From positions 15,099-79,098 of the IMG/VR virus record IMGVR_UViG_3300031260_000038: 64,000 nt of DNA. One strand, 5' to 3'. Of the stretch, positions 47,865 to 57,994 are shown piece after piece (positions within the stretch are counted from its first letter, which is position 1; the number at the start of each line of letters is the position of its first letter). The position numbers were made by a program, and so were the translations under genes. Origin of the DNA: a virus (taxonomy: Duplodnaviria; Caudoviricetes). The notes beneath the pieces are model-generated. The model saw only the letters and a list, made by a program, of their open reading frames with translations, was not told the DNA's origin and searched no databases.

Positions 47865-48094
47865 ATATTTGCAAGGAAAACACCCAACCTTGCTTGTCTA
47901 AACAGGAATAAAACAGCTTTCACAGCCAAGCCGCCCTATTTGATTAGACTTAATTTTAGTCGAGACTGCTGTGCCAGTCGGTGACTATGGTGATTTATAT
48001 AAAAGAGCCTGTAGTCCATAGATACTACAAGTATTCTTTTCATTTGAAGCCGACCTTTTATTAGTCGCATATCGGCTAACGACAATTATTTAAG

Positions 48095-49414
48095 TTATAC
48101 TATATTGCTATACCAAACATCTCTTAGTCCTGTATTCTCATTCCAAATAAAACACATCATTGTCTTAGAAACGCTTGTGTATGCTTGCTGATGTTCCCAA
48201 TAAGAAGCATTACATAATGTTGGCAAATGTCTTACTAAAATTCCACCAACTTCTTTTTCTTCCACTATATTAAGCTTAGTCGCTATAGTTTCAATAGAAT
48301 GAAAATGTCCTGCATGAACTTCAGCAAATTCGCTTTGACCATACTCTTGTTTAGCCTGATGCTGTAACCAATGTGGCATATTTTTCTTTGCCAAATCGCC
48401 GTGAGTCCAACCAACCAAGCATTTACCAAAAAGTCTAAACTTATGTGGATTAGGAGAAGTGTCAAAAACAACACTCTTATCTCGTCTGTATGCTTTTTCT
48501 ACAGCCTTCAACAACATTAACCCTGTTACTCTATCATGATTACCCGCCACGTAAATAACTTCTGTAGGGGCAATAGTGGCAATAGTATCAATAAAGTCAA
48601 TTATCATATCCAAAGTAGTTGTAAATATCTTAGATAGCCTACCATCTGTTTGCTGAAATGTTCCCTTAGTTGTTTTCTGCTCTTCATTATCAACATGAAG
48701 CAAATCACCAAGAGTAACTAAAACAATTTTTTTAAAACTTCTACCATTACAGCGGGAAACAATATCCATTGCACATTGCTGAAATCTTTCTTTTACTATT
48801 TTTAAGTCATAATCAGCGCCAGTTTCTTTATTCCACGCCAATAGACCGCTATGTAAGTCTGGTAAACAAATTTCAAGAACTTCGCCGATAGGGTCATACT
48901 GTAACGGTTTAACGTTAGGCTTTTCATTTGTAAAATCTTTGTCTTTAAAATATTTTTCTATTTCTTCAAAATCAAAAACTTGTTTTGATGGTTTAACAGA
49001 AAGTTTTGACTGGTACAAAATAATCTTTTGACCACCTTTTTTCTGTGCTTGCCAAAAATTATTTTTATATCCAACAATTTCCCACATACCGACTTTAAGA
49101 CCATGTGCCTTAATCATCATGTCTGGCGTTACATCTTCACCTTCAATTAGTTCTATGATTTTTGTAAAAGTGTAACAACCATTGTTATATTCAACTGTCT
49201 GCTTATATCCTTCGTCAATAGCTTCTGGTGGCTTGTAGCCGCCTATCTTACGCTTTCTGTCTCTAACACGCTCATTATCCCACCAAGTAGTATTAAAGTG
49301 CTTATTAAGACGCTGTGCCGCTTCTCGGTATGTTATATTAGGAAACTCTTGATATATCTTAGAAACAATTTTATTAGCTTCTTCTATAGTCCAAGTTCTT
49401 TCAACCATCGACAT
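48095..49414 (-). CDS. Calcineurin-like metallophosphoesterase / nuclease
   Basis: DLH, GD, GNHD, HGD, GHFH motifs. Confidence 0.8.
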   Translation of the reverse strand: MSMVERTWTIEEANKIVSKIYQEFPNITYREAAQRLNKHFNTTWWDNERVRDRKRKIGGYKPPEAIDEGYKQTVEYNNGCYTFTKIIELIEGEDVTPDMMIKAHGLKVGMWEIVGYKNNFWQAQKKGGQKIILYQSKLSVKPSKQVFDFEEIEKYFKDKDFTNEKPNVKPLQYDPIGEVLEICLPDLHSGLLAWNKETGADYDLKIVKERFQQCAMDIVSRCNGRSFKKIVLVTLGDLLHVDNEEQKTTKGTFQQTDGRLSKIFTTTLDMIIDFIDTIATIAPTEVIYVAGNHDRVTGLMLLKAVEKAYRRDKSVVFDTSPNPHKFRLFGKCLVGWTHGDLAKKNMPHWLQHQAKQEYGQSEFAEVHAGHFHSIETIATKLNIVEEKEVGGILVRHLPTLCNASYWEHQQAYTSVSKTMMCFIWNENTGLRDVWYSNIV

Positions 49415-49760
49415 CTACTCCATCATCAATAATTATTGCTTCAAGCTTCTTTTTTATTTCAGGAGAAATCTTAATGGCAAGCTTTCTCATTGGTCTAATC
49501 ATAATCTTTTTTCCATAAAGAAGACCTTCTCTTCTTCTTGTTTCTCTTAGTCTTATGTTCATGAACCCCTTCATTGAAATATGAAATCCTTCAAAAATAA
49601 GATTTTTAATAGCATCAATAAAAGCATCATAAAACATTGAACAAATTTCATACTTAAAACCAGTATATTTAGAAATTCTTACACAAATATCTCTTTTGTT
49701 AGCTATTGGTGCATCAATGGTGAATATAATCTTTTCTCTCTTTACTCCATCATCAGCCAT
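49401..49760 (-). CDS. HU/IHF-like DNA-binding protein
   Basis: ISMKGFMNIRL...IRPMRKLAIKISPEIK pattern. Confidence 0.6.
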   Translation of the reverse strand: MADDGVKREKIIFTIDAPIANKRDICVRISKYTGFKYEICSMFYDAFIDAIKNLIFEGFHISMKGFMNIRLRETRRREGLLYGKKIMIRPMRKLAIKISPEIKKKLEAIIIDDGVDVDG

Positions 49761-50676
49761 TTTTTGTCACTTCCTTTACTTCCTTTAATCCATTTATGTT
49801 CATATCAAAAAAATAATATTTATCATATTGTTCATAACATAATATTTTATCTTGTACAAAACCCTTGTCAGCCAAAGGATTACACTTATAAACTTTATCT
49901 TTTACTTGCCAACATTTATCATTAAAAGTAAAATAACCATCAACATCCACTCTACACCACTCAGCTATGAACGGCTCTTTAGGATTTATTAGTCTTTCAT
50001 ATTTGACTGGTACTCGTGGCTTGATTTTTACTTTTGTATCAAGAATCCATTCTTCAATTTCTTCTGTATTATCGTAAGTATAAATTCTATCCATTGCTCT
50101 TGTCAAAGAATTTTTCCAACGCTTTGTTTGACCAACATTTCTTTTTTCTTTTTTCTTTTTTTGTTGTTTATTTAAAATATTAATTTCTGGTTTGTTAGTT
50201 GGTTCTCCTATAGAATCTTCTTTTTCTACTAATAAATCGTTAAAAAAATTAGACACTTCATATTTTTTAATTTTTTCCCAACTACGCTGGTCAAGAATGT
50301 TTTCCCCTTCTATTCCGGCTATATAATAATCAGCCAAATGTTCTAATGTATTTGAACAAAAATCTTGTAAAGAATCCTTTTGGCTTTTAAAACAATATTT
50401 AGTTTCCCATAAAAACTCCAACTCTTCTTCAAGAGTTCTGTTTTCTTCGCATGGTGTTAACAATATTTCTTTTATTTTTTGATTTTTTTCTTCTAAAGAA
50501 ACAATATTTATTTTAGATAAATAATATCTTTCTCCATCTATTAATTTAGAACCTATCCTTCTATCTTTTTTTAACTTAACTATATTTTCAGGTTCTTTTT
50601 CATAGCATCTTGTTTGATAAACAAGATGTAATCCCTTTCCATTTATCTTTAAATGTTTTTTGTCTTCTATTTTCAC
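49753..50676 (-). CDS. Hypothetical protein
   Basis: 307-aa ORF. Confidence 0.55.
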   Translation of the reverse strand: MKIEDKKHLKINGKGLHLVYQTRCYEKEPENIVKLKKDRRIGSKLIDGERYYLSKINIVSLEEKNQKIKEILLTPCEENRTLEEELEFLWETKYCFKSQKDSLQDFCSNTLEHLADYYIAGIEGENILDQRSWEKIKKYEVSNFFNDLLVEKEDSIGEPTNKPEINILNKQQKKKKEKRNVGQTKRWKNSLTRAMDRIYTYDNTEEIEEWILDTKVKIKPRVPVKYERLINPKEPFIAEWCRVDVDGYFTFNDKCWQVKDKVYKCNPLADKGFVQDKILCYEQYDKYYFFDMNINGLKEVKEVTKNG

Positions 50677-50740
50677 TTAATATGTCCTTTCATGGTTTAG
50701 GCGTGTGAGAGCCGTTTTTTGCAGATTTTTGTCAAGGAAC

Positions 50741-51259
50741 TCAATTTCGACATGATTTACACTCAGGTCTATATCCATCTCCTAAGTTGTTTGGCGTAAA
50801 ATATCTAACATTCAATGTTCTGCCACATTTAGCGCAAGTTTTGTATTTGCTATCTTTATTAACTTTAACCTTGCCACTAATTTCTAAACTGTTAATTAAA
50901 TCTAAATGATAACTTTTTTGAATACGCTTTGCCGCAGAACGAACAATACCCAATATTTCCCGCTTAGTCGCATTTATTTCATTAGCAAGAAAATTCAAAT
51001 CAAAACCATAAGCAAGCCTATCTATATAATATTTTTGTTTTGGAGATAAATTAGTTCTGGCTATCATATTATCTAAATCAATATAAACTATTCTTATAAA
51101 TTCTCGATATTCATATTCTGGTGTCATACTACAATTATCTTCAACAGGTTTATCAAGCTCTGCCCTATGTACTATTAGCCCCATTATAGTATCAATATCG
51201 TCATAAGATATTCCAAGCCATTCAACATTTTTATATAAGTCACGCTTAACTCTTCCCAA
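50741..51259 (-). CDS. Sigma-70 region-4-like HTH protein with C-terminal zinc ribbon
   Basis: LSPKQK...LA.EI....I.....SA.KRI; CAKC...CKSC. Confidence 0.5.
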   Translation of the reverse strand: MGRVKRDLYKNVEWLGISYDDIDTIMGLIVHRAELDKPVEDNCSMTPEYEYREFIRIVYIDLDNMIARTNLSPKQKYYIDRLAYGFDLNFLANEINATKREILGIVRSAAKRIQKSYHLDLINSLEISGKVKVNKDSKYKTCAKCGRTLNVRYFTPNNLGDGYRPECKSCRN

Positions 51260-51314
51260 TACTTAATCGCCCCTTTGCAGTTGTAATAAAAGTTAGCTTT
51301 AACCAACTATCTCT

Positions 51315-51343
51315 ATTATAACATATTTTTATCAATTTGTCAA
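51315..51343 (-). promoter_or_regulatory. SigA-type promoter
   Basis: TTGACA-17-TATAAT. Confidence 0.8.
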
Positions 51344-51353
51344 GTCTTTTTTA

Positions 51354-51617
51354 TTAAAAATGTTCGATACCAAGAAAATTTAATATTTCTTCTGGCAAAA
51401 ATCCAACATAACAATACTGAACAGGTATTTTTCCACGCTTCTCAAACATTTCACAAACATCATCAAGCTCCACATTTATAAGACCTTCTTCAGAATTACA
51501 AACAAGAGTAGTATTAACACCTACACCAATATTTTTACCATCAACAATTACATCTTCTCCACGATATAACATAAGCTTTGAATATCTACAATTTTCACAA
51601 TTTTTCTTTTTAAACAT
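51354..51617 (-). CDS. Cys-rich hypothetical protein
   Basis: CENC..C..C. Confidence 0.45.
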   Translation of the reverse strand: MFKKKNCENCRYSKLMLYRGEDVIVDGKNIGVGVNTTLVCNSEEGLINVELDDVCEMFEKRGKIPVQYCYVGFLPEEILNFLGIEHF

Positions 51618-51814
51618 TAAATTATCTCCTTAAAATCCTTACAATCATTTGTTGTCAAATCACTAAATACATGTTTTTCACCGCTATATATGCACTCTTT
51701 ATTTTTACAACGGTATATATGAATATATTTTTCATTTGATGTTTTCTTTATAGTAATATCACTATACAAACACAAACAACATTTATTGAATTTATAAGTT
51801 TTAACTGCTACCAC
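51617..51814 (-). CDS. Cys-rich hypothetical protein
   Basis: Coupled small ORF. Confidence 0.45.
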   Translation of the reverse strand: MVAVKTYKFNKCCLCLYSDITIKKTSNEKYIHIYRCKNKECIYSGEKHVFSDLTTNDCKDFKEII

Positions 51815-52020
51815 TCCATTTCATCATCTGTAATTTTATAACCATCTTTCATTTGTTTATTTAGCTTTGAATTTTCACTTTCTAAAAAGATAGGAACTAT
51901 ATCAAAATCTGGTTTAACGTTGCTGTTTCTACAAAATGGACAGCACTTAACTTCTAAAGTTTCAAACTTTTTCATTACCTTAAAATATTTACCACAATTA
52001 TCACAAGTAAATTTATACAT
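51808..52020 (-). CDS. FmdB-like zinc ribbon protein
   Basis: YKFTCDNCG...CPFC. Confidence 0.55.
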   Translation of the reverse strand: MYKFTCDNCGKYFKVMKKFETLEVKCCPFCRNSNVKPDFDIVPIFLESENSKLNKQMKDGYKITDDEMEW

Positions 52021-52105
52021 TATTTATCACCTTTATCTTCGGCTAAAACTATAGCTATATACGTTATTACAAAGCATATACCAAGTGCCACAACCACTTC
52101 AAAAC

Positions 52106-52612
52106 TCATAAATTTCTCCTTAATTCGCTATATTCTTCAAACATAGCTTCTACCACCCCTATCCGCTGTAGTGATAAAACCCATTGACCAGACCATTCTT
52201 CGCTATTTTTAAACCCGTTCCATAATCTACAATGTTCTTCTGCTAATTCTAATATCTTTTCAGAAACATATTCTTTTTCTTGTAGCCGCTTTATGCGTTT
52301 TGCTTTTATCGCCGCTATCTCTTCAGAAGACATTTCATAATAAGTAAGACCTAATCCATAATCATTATCAATCTTTTTAATAGCATCTTGTATAGATATG
52401 TTATAAATATTTTTTACAAAATCTATTGCAGAACCGTGTGCTTCACAAACAAAGCAATGGTAAGCATCTTCATATATTTTTAATGATGGTTTGGTATCAT
52501 TATGAAACGGACAAAGAGCAAAACCAGAATTGTTTATCTCAAAGCCCGCATCACTAACGACATTATATAAGGAGACATTATCTTTTATTTCTTGAAAAAC
52601 GTCATAATACAT
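52106..52612 (-). CDS. CHC2 zinc-finger protein (primase zinc-binding domain)
   Basis: LCPFHNDTKPSL...HCFVC. Confidence 0.8.
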   Translation of the reverse strand: MYYDVFQEIKDNVSLYNVVSDAGFEINNSGFALCPFHNDTKPSLKIYEDAYHCFVCEAHGSAIDFVKNIYNISIQDAIKKIDNDYGLGLTYYEMSSEEIAAIKAKRIKRLQEKEYVSEKILELAEEHCRLWNGFKNSEEWSGQWVLSLQRIGVVEAMFEEYSELRRNL

Positions 52613-52614
52613 TA

Positions 52615-52815
52615 TTACAAAAACTCTACTTCTATTTTTGTTTTGAATTTTCTTGAATATTCATCATCAGCCACAACTTCTTCAAAATTAATAAATGGTC
52701 TAATTTTTTCTGCTATTTCATCTACTAGAATAGAAGACACAAGCATTTCTTTTTGTGATGGTGAAGAATCATCAATAACTTGTTTTCGCAAATTTACAAT
52801 AGCATTTATAATCAT
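52615..52815 (-). CDS. Hypothetical protein
   Basis: 66-aa ORF. Confidence 0.45.
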   Translation of the reverse strand: MIINAIVNLRKQVIDDSSPSQKEMLVSSILVDEIAEKIRPFINFEEVVADDEYSRKFKTKIEVEFL

Positions 52816-52971
52816 TTAATTGTCTAGCCTTTCTAAAATTTCTATAGTTTTTAATACAGCTTGTTTTGCATCGTCGCTAAGAACCATATCACCACTATCA
52901 CTATATTCGAGAAATGGTGTCATGTCTTCTGATATATATTCTAATATGTAAATAATTTCACTTATTCTCAC
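52816..52971 (-). CDS. Hypothetical 51-aa protein (not in ORF track)
   Basis: GTG after G-rich RBS; MRISEIIYILE... Confidence 0.45.
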   Translation of the reverse strand: MRISEIIYILEYISEDMTPFLEYSDSGDMVLSDDAKQAVLKTIEILERLDN

Positions 52972-53084
52972 TTATTGTCACCCCCCCTTAACAACTCTAA
53001 ACATATCATCTTCCCATCAATAAAACTTTCGTATTTTTCATCATTAGGAACAATGGTTAAACTGTGCACAGAACTGCTATTAGT
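52968..53084 (-). pseudogene. 3' part of a FETNSSS-motif gene interrupted by TnpB element 3 (5' part at 54546-54575)
   Basis: Joining the flanks gives MKVIRRGVFE|TNSSSVHSLTIVP...DNK-stop, in frame and coupled to both neighbours. Confidence 0.8.
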
Positions 53085-54545
53085 GTGAACCTCACATGAC
53101 TAAAGTCACGTGCTTCTAGTATCACTACTAGATTTTCCTGTTTCTTAGACCTCGTAACCTACTATCTCCACAGGCGTACATTCGGATAGTTCCTACCCTA
53201 TGATTTATATTACTTTCCCCAAATCTTCTATCCCTTTATTTAGTATATTGATACTAGCATTTATGTCTCTATTATGCTTAGTACCACATTTAGGACAATC
53301 CCATTCTCTTATGGATAAATTCTTTACTTCTTCATTTTTGTAATTACACATGTTACACAATTGACTACTAGCATAAAATCTATCTACTTTATGATATACC
53401 CTTGCATTCCATTCTGATTTATATTGTAATTGTCTTGTTGACTCGTACCATGATACATCATGTATTAACTTTGCTAAATTATGATTTTTAACCATGCCTT
53501 TTATATTTAAGTCTTCACTAAAGATAAATTGGTTTTCTTTAACTATTCGTGAAGATATTTTGTGTAAGTTGTCTTTTCTGATATTGGTTATTTTCTCATG
53601 CAATCTAGCAACCTTAATTCTTTGCTTATGAAAATTATTACTACCCTTTTGTTTCCTTGCTAACTGCCTTTGTAGCTTAGCTAATTTCTCTTCGTATTTA
53701 TAGGTTAGTTTTTTATTATCTTCTGTTTCGCCATCGCTTGTAACAAGTAAACTTGATATACCTAAATCTAACCCTATTGCATTATTGTTTTTAGGCAACT
53801 CTTTATGCTCACATTCTACATTTAAGCTAACAAAATATTTACCACTTGGCACTTGGCTAATTGTTGCTGACAATATTTTCCCAGTGAGTTTTCTATGAAG
53901 TTTACATTTAACCCATTTTAATTTAGGCAACTTTATTTGGTTATTAGAAAAATCCAACTCTATGTTATTATTAGTAAAATTTGTTTTATAAGATTTGTTG
54001 TTGTTTCTTTTGCTTTTAAACTTAGGAAATCCTTGATTATTATTGCCTCGCTTAATTTCCCTAAAGAAGTTTTGATAAGCTGTATCTAAATCATAAATAG
54101 AATTAGTTAAAGCAAACTTATCTATTTCTCTTAACCAAGGATATTCTTTTTTCATTACTCTGTTACATTGATTGTTACAGTTAATTTTAGACAAAGACTT
54201 TTGCTCTGTTTTATACAATTCTATTCTCATGGCTAAAAAATGATTATAAACAAACCTACAACACCCAAAAGTCTTGTTAATTTGTGCCTTTTGTTCTTCA
54301 GTTGGGTATATTCTGTACTTATAACCTTTAATTACAGTCTTCATAGATAAATTCACTTCTTTTCTACTTTGATTTTTTACCTTTAATATATTCTCTTGTT
54401 TGTAAAATTTTATGTCTATACTTAATACACCATACTATATGATACTTAATAAGTCAAGTATAATATGGAGGTATGATTGGTATTTATAATAACATCTGTT
54501 TCGCCACTAGTTCGTAACTTCAGTCATGAGAATGCGTGGCGATAT
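53085..54545 (-). mobile_element. IS200/IS605-family TnpB-only element 3
   Basis: Follows TTGAA; left hairpin ctcatgactgaagttacga; right hairpin cacgtgactttagtcatgtg ending TCAC; ends fixed by the restored ORF. Confidence 0.88.
53205..54356 (-). CDS. tnpB: RNA-guided endonuclease TnpB
   Basis: YKYRIYPTEEQ; RuvC D (GLDLG), E (SEDL), D (NRDINA); zinc finger. Confidence 0.93.
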   Translation of the reverse strand: MNLSMKTVIKGYKYRIYPTEEQKAQINKTFGCCRFVYNHFLAMRIELYKTEQKSLSKINCNNQCNRVMKKEYPWLREIDKFALTNSIYDLDTAYQNFFREIKRGNNNQGFPKFKSKRNNNKSYKTNFTNNNIELDFSNNQIKLPKLKWVKCKLHRKLTGKILSATISQVPSGKYFVSLNVECEHKELPKNNNAIGLDLGISSLLVTSDGETEDNKKLTYKYEEKLAKLQRQLARKQKGSNNFHKQRIKVARLHEKITNIRKDNLHKISSRIVKENQFIFSEDLNIKGMVKNHNLAKLIHDVSWYESTRQLQYKSEWNARVYHKVDRFYASSQLCNMCNYKNEEVKNLSIREWDCPKCGTKHNRDINASINILNKGIEDLGKVI

Positions 54546-54571
54546 TTCAAAAACTCCCCTTCTAATTACTT

Positions 54572-54832
54572 TCATTGTTTTTTCTCCTTTAATATTTTAT
54601 CAATATCTTCTTGATACAATTCTCTAATATGTTCAGCTATTTCATTACAGCGGCTTTTTATATATTCATCAGATTCTATTGGCAAAAGAAAATGTGTTGT
54701 TACATTTTTATCTTTTAACCACGGCTTATACTCCATTAATAAAACTGGAATTGCTTGTGTTTTATGCGCTATTTTACTAAGAGCCTTTGCATATAGTTTT
54801 TGTAATATATTCATTGACATACCTCGTACCAA
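54572..54832 (-). CDS. Hypothetical protein
   Basis: Small ORF in operon. Confidence 0.45.
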   Translation of the reverse strand: MVRGMSMNILQKLYAKALSKIAHKTQAIPVLLMEYKPWLKDKNVTTHFLLPIESDEYIKSRCNEIAEHIRELYQEDIDKILKEKKQ

Positions 54833-55065
54833 TAATGAAAAGCATTATTATCATATAATAAAAAATCATCATTTTCATTTTTTACAATCCAGTCACCCTT
54901 TTCAAGATAAATATTAATGTTTTTAATTGATTCATAAAATACATATGAGCTTGTTACTTTATTATATTCTATTAGTGGACAAAACAACATACAATCTACA
55001 TCATTGTCGCCAGTAAATTGCATAGCTTCTACTATTTCTGGCTTCTTCTTATATTTCATAATCAA
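54811..55065 (-). CDS. Widespread small phage protein (KKPxxVEA...GDWIV family)
   Basis: KYKKKPEIVEAMQF; GDWIVK. Confidence 0.55.
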   Translation of the reverse strand: MIMKYKKKPEIVEAMQFTGDNDVDCMLFCPLIEYNKVTSSYVFYESIKNINIYLEKGDWIVKNENDDFLLYDNNAFHYWYEVCQ

Positions 55066-55658
55066 TACCTCTCATACTTTCTTGTAAATATTTCATCATC
55101 TTTAATATCAAAGTTTCTTTGAAGTTCGTATAGTCTTTCCCTGTATATTAGTGGCGTAAGCTTCTTGTCTCCCTCTTTGCGTCTTTCCTTAATTTTTTCT
55201 TTTAATTTGCACTTAATCTTGAATAGTTCGTTTTCTATCCTTGCACCTTCACAATCACAATAGCAATATTTGTATTCATCTCTGTGGTCATACACAGTGT
55301 TTACCTTGCTTCTTTCACCACAGTAAGAACAAAATGGAACAGTTTTTGTATGACCATCTTCAAACACAAGGATTTCTTGGTGTTCTGTATTTGAATATTT
55401 GTCAACATAGCTCTCTAGGAAAATACACTCTATTTTTGCCCTTTCCTTTAACACATCTAAGTATTTCAGCATGCTTTGTAATTGATATTCTAACACATCT
55501 TTTGGACAAGTGGGAGAAAATTCTAACTCACCATTTTCCCATTTTTCTAACATTGTTGACAATGACTTTATCCTTAACTCTAACTGCCAATATTCAGCAC
55601 GAAATCTTTCTTTGTAGTTATCGCTCAACATCGCCGCCGCTGTTTCTTCTAATTTCAT
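55062..55658 (-). CDS. crAss001_48-like domain fused to a Cys-rich domain
   Basis: DNYKERFRAEYWQL...PTCP...QL..M..Y; CSYC..CYC. Confidence 0.5.
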   Translation of the reverse strand: MKLEETAAAMLSDNYKERFRAEYWQLELRIKSLSTMLEKWENGELEFSPTCPKDVLEYQLQSMLKYLDVLKERAKIECIFLESYVDKYSNTEHQEILVFEDGHTKTVPFCSYCGERSKVNTVYDHRDEYKYCYCDCEGARIENELFKIKCKLKEKIKERRKEGDKKLTPLIYRERLYELQRNFDIKDDEIFTRKYERY

Positions 55659-55660
55659 AA

Positions 55661-56029
55661 TTAATACCTTTCAAGATATAGTCCATTTATTTCTTCCTTG
55701 CTACCACTAACTATATAAGCATCTATTATTGTGTCAGCAGAAGAAAGACTTTCATCGGCAAAAGTAACAAATACCTGTGTTTCATCATCTAAATTTTCTA
55801 TGATTTTCTTTAACTCTTTTACTGTCATGTTTTTGTTCTCCTTTAATAAAAAGAATTTTTTAATTTCATTTTTTTCAATATTATTAATTTTTATACTATG
55901 GTTTTTGTATGTTTCTATACCAGCCGCTTCTAATATTTCCAAAAATTTATTAGGATTTGATATTTCTATAAATGATTTTTCTATTGACCGCCAATTAAGA
56001 CCAAAATCATCTATATCATCATCTTTCAT
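55661..56029 (-). CDS. Hypothetical protein
   Basis: C-terminal MTVKELKKIIENL motif may be a separate small gene. Confidence 0.4.
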   Translation of the reverse strand: MKDDDIDDFGLNWRSIEKSFIEISNPNKFLEILEAAGIETYKNHSIKINNIEKNEIKKFFLLKENKNMTVKELKKIIENLDDETQVFVTFADESLSSADTIIDAYIVSGSKEEINGLYLERY

Positions 56030-56053
56030 TTAATTATTTTTTAGTGTAACTAC

Positions 56054-56082
56054 ATTATATCATATTTTTTAACTGTTGTCAA
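56054..56082 (-). promoter_or_regulatory. SigA-type promoter
   Basis: TTGACA-17-TATAAT. Confidence 0.8.
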
Positions 56083-56316
56083 CAACATTTGCACAAAACA
56101 TTACTTTTTTCTAATGTTTTATGTAATCATCTATATGTTACTTTTGGCTTGACAATTAAGATTCCTCTGCTAAAATTTCTTCTAATATCATTACAACTCC
56201 ACTAATCCAATTTTGTACACCGTTATAATCAACAATTTCTTTAATTAAATTATCATCATTTAACTCTTCAAGGTATTCACCATAATTAAGAAGCTCTGCT
56301 ATTATTTCTGTATTCA

Positions 56317-56784
56317 TTATTTCTCCAATCGTCTTCCGCAGTTCGGGCAGTAGCGCCAGTCCTCTTGATAAACATAATCGTCACTGCACGTTTCACAACT
56401 GGTTGTTTCCGTTTTGGAAATAGCCACTTCTTCAACTGTTCGATCTTTTCGAGTAGTTGGCTGATACGCTTGCAGGGCGGCGATGGCAAGTAATTCTTTT
56501 TGGTTAACTTGTAATAAAAAATTCGGCATTTCCCCACCATACTGCTTTTTTATTTCTTCTTCTTGGTCTTTACGATATTTAAGAGAACTCTCAAATAGTT
56601 TTATCGCATCTTGCACTTCCTCGCTCTTGACCGACTGGCGAGCGATGGCTTCGTTAGCAAAATCAATAACTGACCGTAAACATTTAACATTTACTGCGAC
56701 TCTCTCTACATTCTGTTCCTCACCATATTCAAGTTCATATTCAATATTACGGACGTCTTCTTTCAATTCATCAAAATCCATCAT
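56317..56784 (-). CDS. Hypothetical protein with C-terminal zinc ribbon
   Basis: CETC...YCPNCG. Confidence 0.55.
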   Translation of the reverse strand: MMDFDELKEDVRNIEYELEYGEEQNVERVAVNVKCLRSVIDFANEAIARQSVKSEEVQDAIKLFESSLKYRKDQEEEIKKQYGGEMPNFLLQVNQKELLAIAALQAYQPTTRKDRTVEEVAISKTETTSCETCSDDYVYQEDWRYCPNCGRRLEK

Positions 56785-57311
56785 TTATATTCCACCAACA
56801 CTCTTGTCAACACCCTTTCTGCCGCTTCTGTCTCGCCACACAACATAAGAGAGATCGCCTTTTTAATTCCTCTCTCTAATTTAAACAACCTTATAGTTTT
56901 ATCTTGTAGAGACATACTTCCCGGAAGCATATATCCTTCCAGAATGTTTTTTAATAAAATAACACAATCTTCTTCTGTTATAGGATAATGGTTGCTTATA
57001 ATACTGGCTATTTCTTTTTCTGAAAACACTTTAACACTTTTATAGTCTATCTCGCCAAGCTGAAAAAACTCCATGCCTTTGTATTCAAATACTTTTCTCG
57101 GCTGTTCTCCGTCATATAAAATTTCTTTTGTTTCAACACCAATTTCTTTAGCCAGCTTGTCAATGCCGCTATATATCTGAACACTGTTTTTATTAATGCC
57201 GCCGCTAAATATCAAAGAATTGTCAAAAATGTTGACAAGATTTTCTAACTCTTCGTGTACCGACATATTTGCCGCTATAAATCTATCTATATTTGTTTTT
57301 GCTTCGCTCAT
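56781..57311 (-). CDS. Hypothetical protein
   Basis: 176-aa ORF. Confidence 0.5.
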   Translation of the reverse strand: MSEAKTNIDRFIAANMSVHEELENLVNIFDNSLIFSGGINKNSVQIYSGIDKLAKEIGVETKEILYDGEQPRKVFEYKGMEFFQLGEIDYKSVKVFSEKEIASIISNHYPITEEDCVILLKNILEGYMLPGSMSLQDKTIRLFKLERGIKKAISLMLCGETEAAERVLTRVLVEYK

Positions 57312-57385
57312 TTTTTTACTCCCCGCCGTAAGGCTCTGGCTTCAATGTTTTTTCCACATCGACTAATATGAAGTAATATTTCAGA

Positions 57386-57580
57386 TTAGTCGGAAGTTCT
57401 TCGGGTTCGCCTGTTCCATGCTTCGATTGCTTCTTCTTTGCTGTATTGTTTTGCAAATCCAAATAATAACCCACAATTACCACAGTCTACATGCCATTCG
57501 TCATCCCAAAATCCATAATTATCCTCTTTGGTTAAATTTGCTTTACCCCCACAAAATGGACATGTTTTAATTTCCATCAC
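57386..57580 (-). CDS. Lar-family restriction alleviation protein
   Basis: KTCPFCGG...CGNC...AIEAWNRR. Confidence 0.75.
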   Translation of the reverse strand: MMEIKTCPFCGGKANLTKEDNYGFWDDEWHVDCGNCGLLFGFAKQYSKEEAIEAWNRRTRRTSD

Positions 57581-57623
57581 TCGTCACCCCTTTCCGCACG
57601 ATATTCTTCGCCCCTTGTCTGCT

Positions 57624-57845
57624 TCATTCACCACCATACGGCTCTGGCTGTTTTATCCAAGCAATAACATCGTGTGACACAGAGCCTGACGGTAATACAT
57701 ACCAAAACCATTTCCCCGCCCACTCTGACCTGTCCGCTTGTCTAACCGTTCTACCAAAATTATCTTTTATTGTTACAAGGTATCTACCTTCTTTATTTGG
57801 TGGATTTTTTATTCCCCATTTCATTGTTTTGGTCTCCTGTTCCAC
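57624..57845 (-). CDS. DUF551-like small protein
   Basis: PPNKEGRYLVT...VIAW..PEPY. Confidence 0.5.
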   Translation of the reverse strand: MEQETKTMKWGIKNPPNKEGRYLVTIKDNFGRTVRQADRSEWAGKWFWYVLPSGSVSHDVIAWIKQPEPYGGE

Positions 57846-57994
57846 GCATTAATCGCCTCTTCGCTATTTAATCTTGCTATTTCTGCCCCACATTCTTCAC
57901 AATATACACTATAAACAATACCATGCTTTTTTTGTGTTTCATCGTAGCCCGCTTCACTACCACAAAATGGACATGACCTTAACATTTCTTCCAT
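57821..57994 (-). CDS. Second Lar-family protein (57 aa, not in ORF track)
   Basis: LRSCPFCGS...CEEC...AINAWNRR. Confidence 0.7.
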   Translation of the reverse strand: MEEMLRSCPFCGSEAGYDETQKKHGIVYSVYCEECGAEIARLNSEEAINAWNRRPKQ

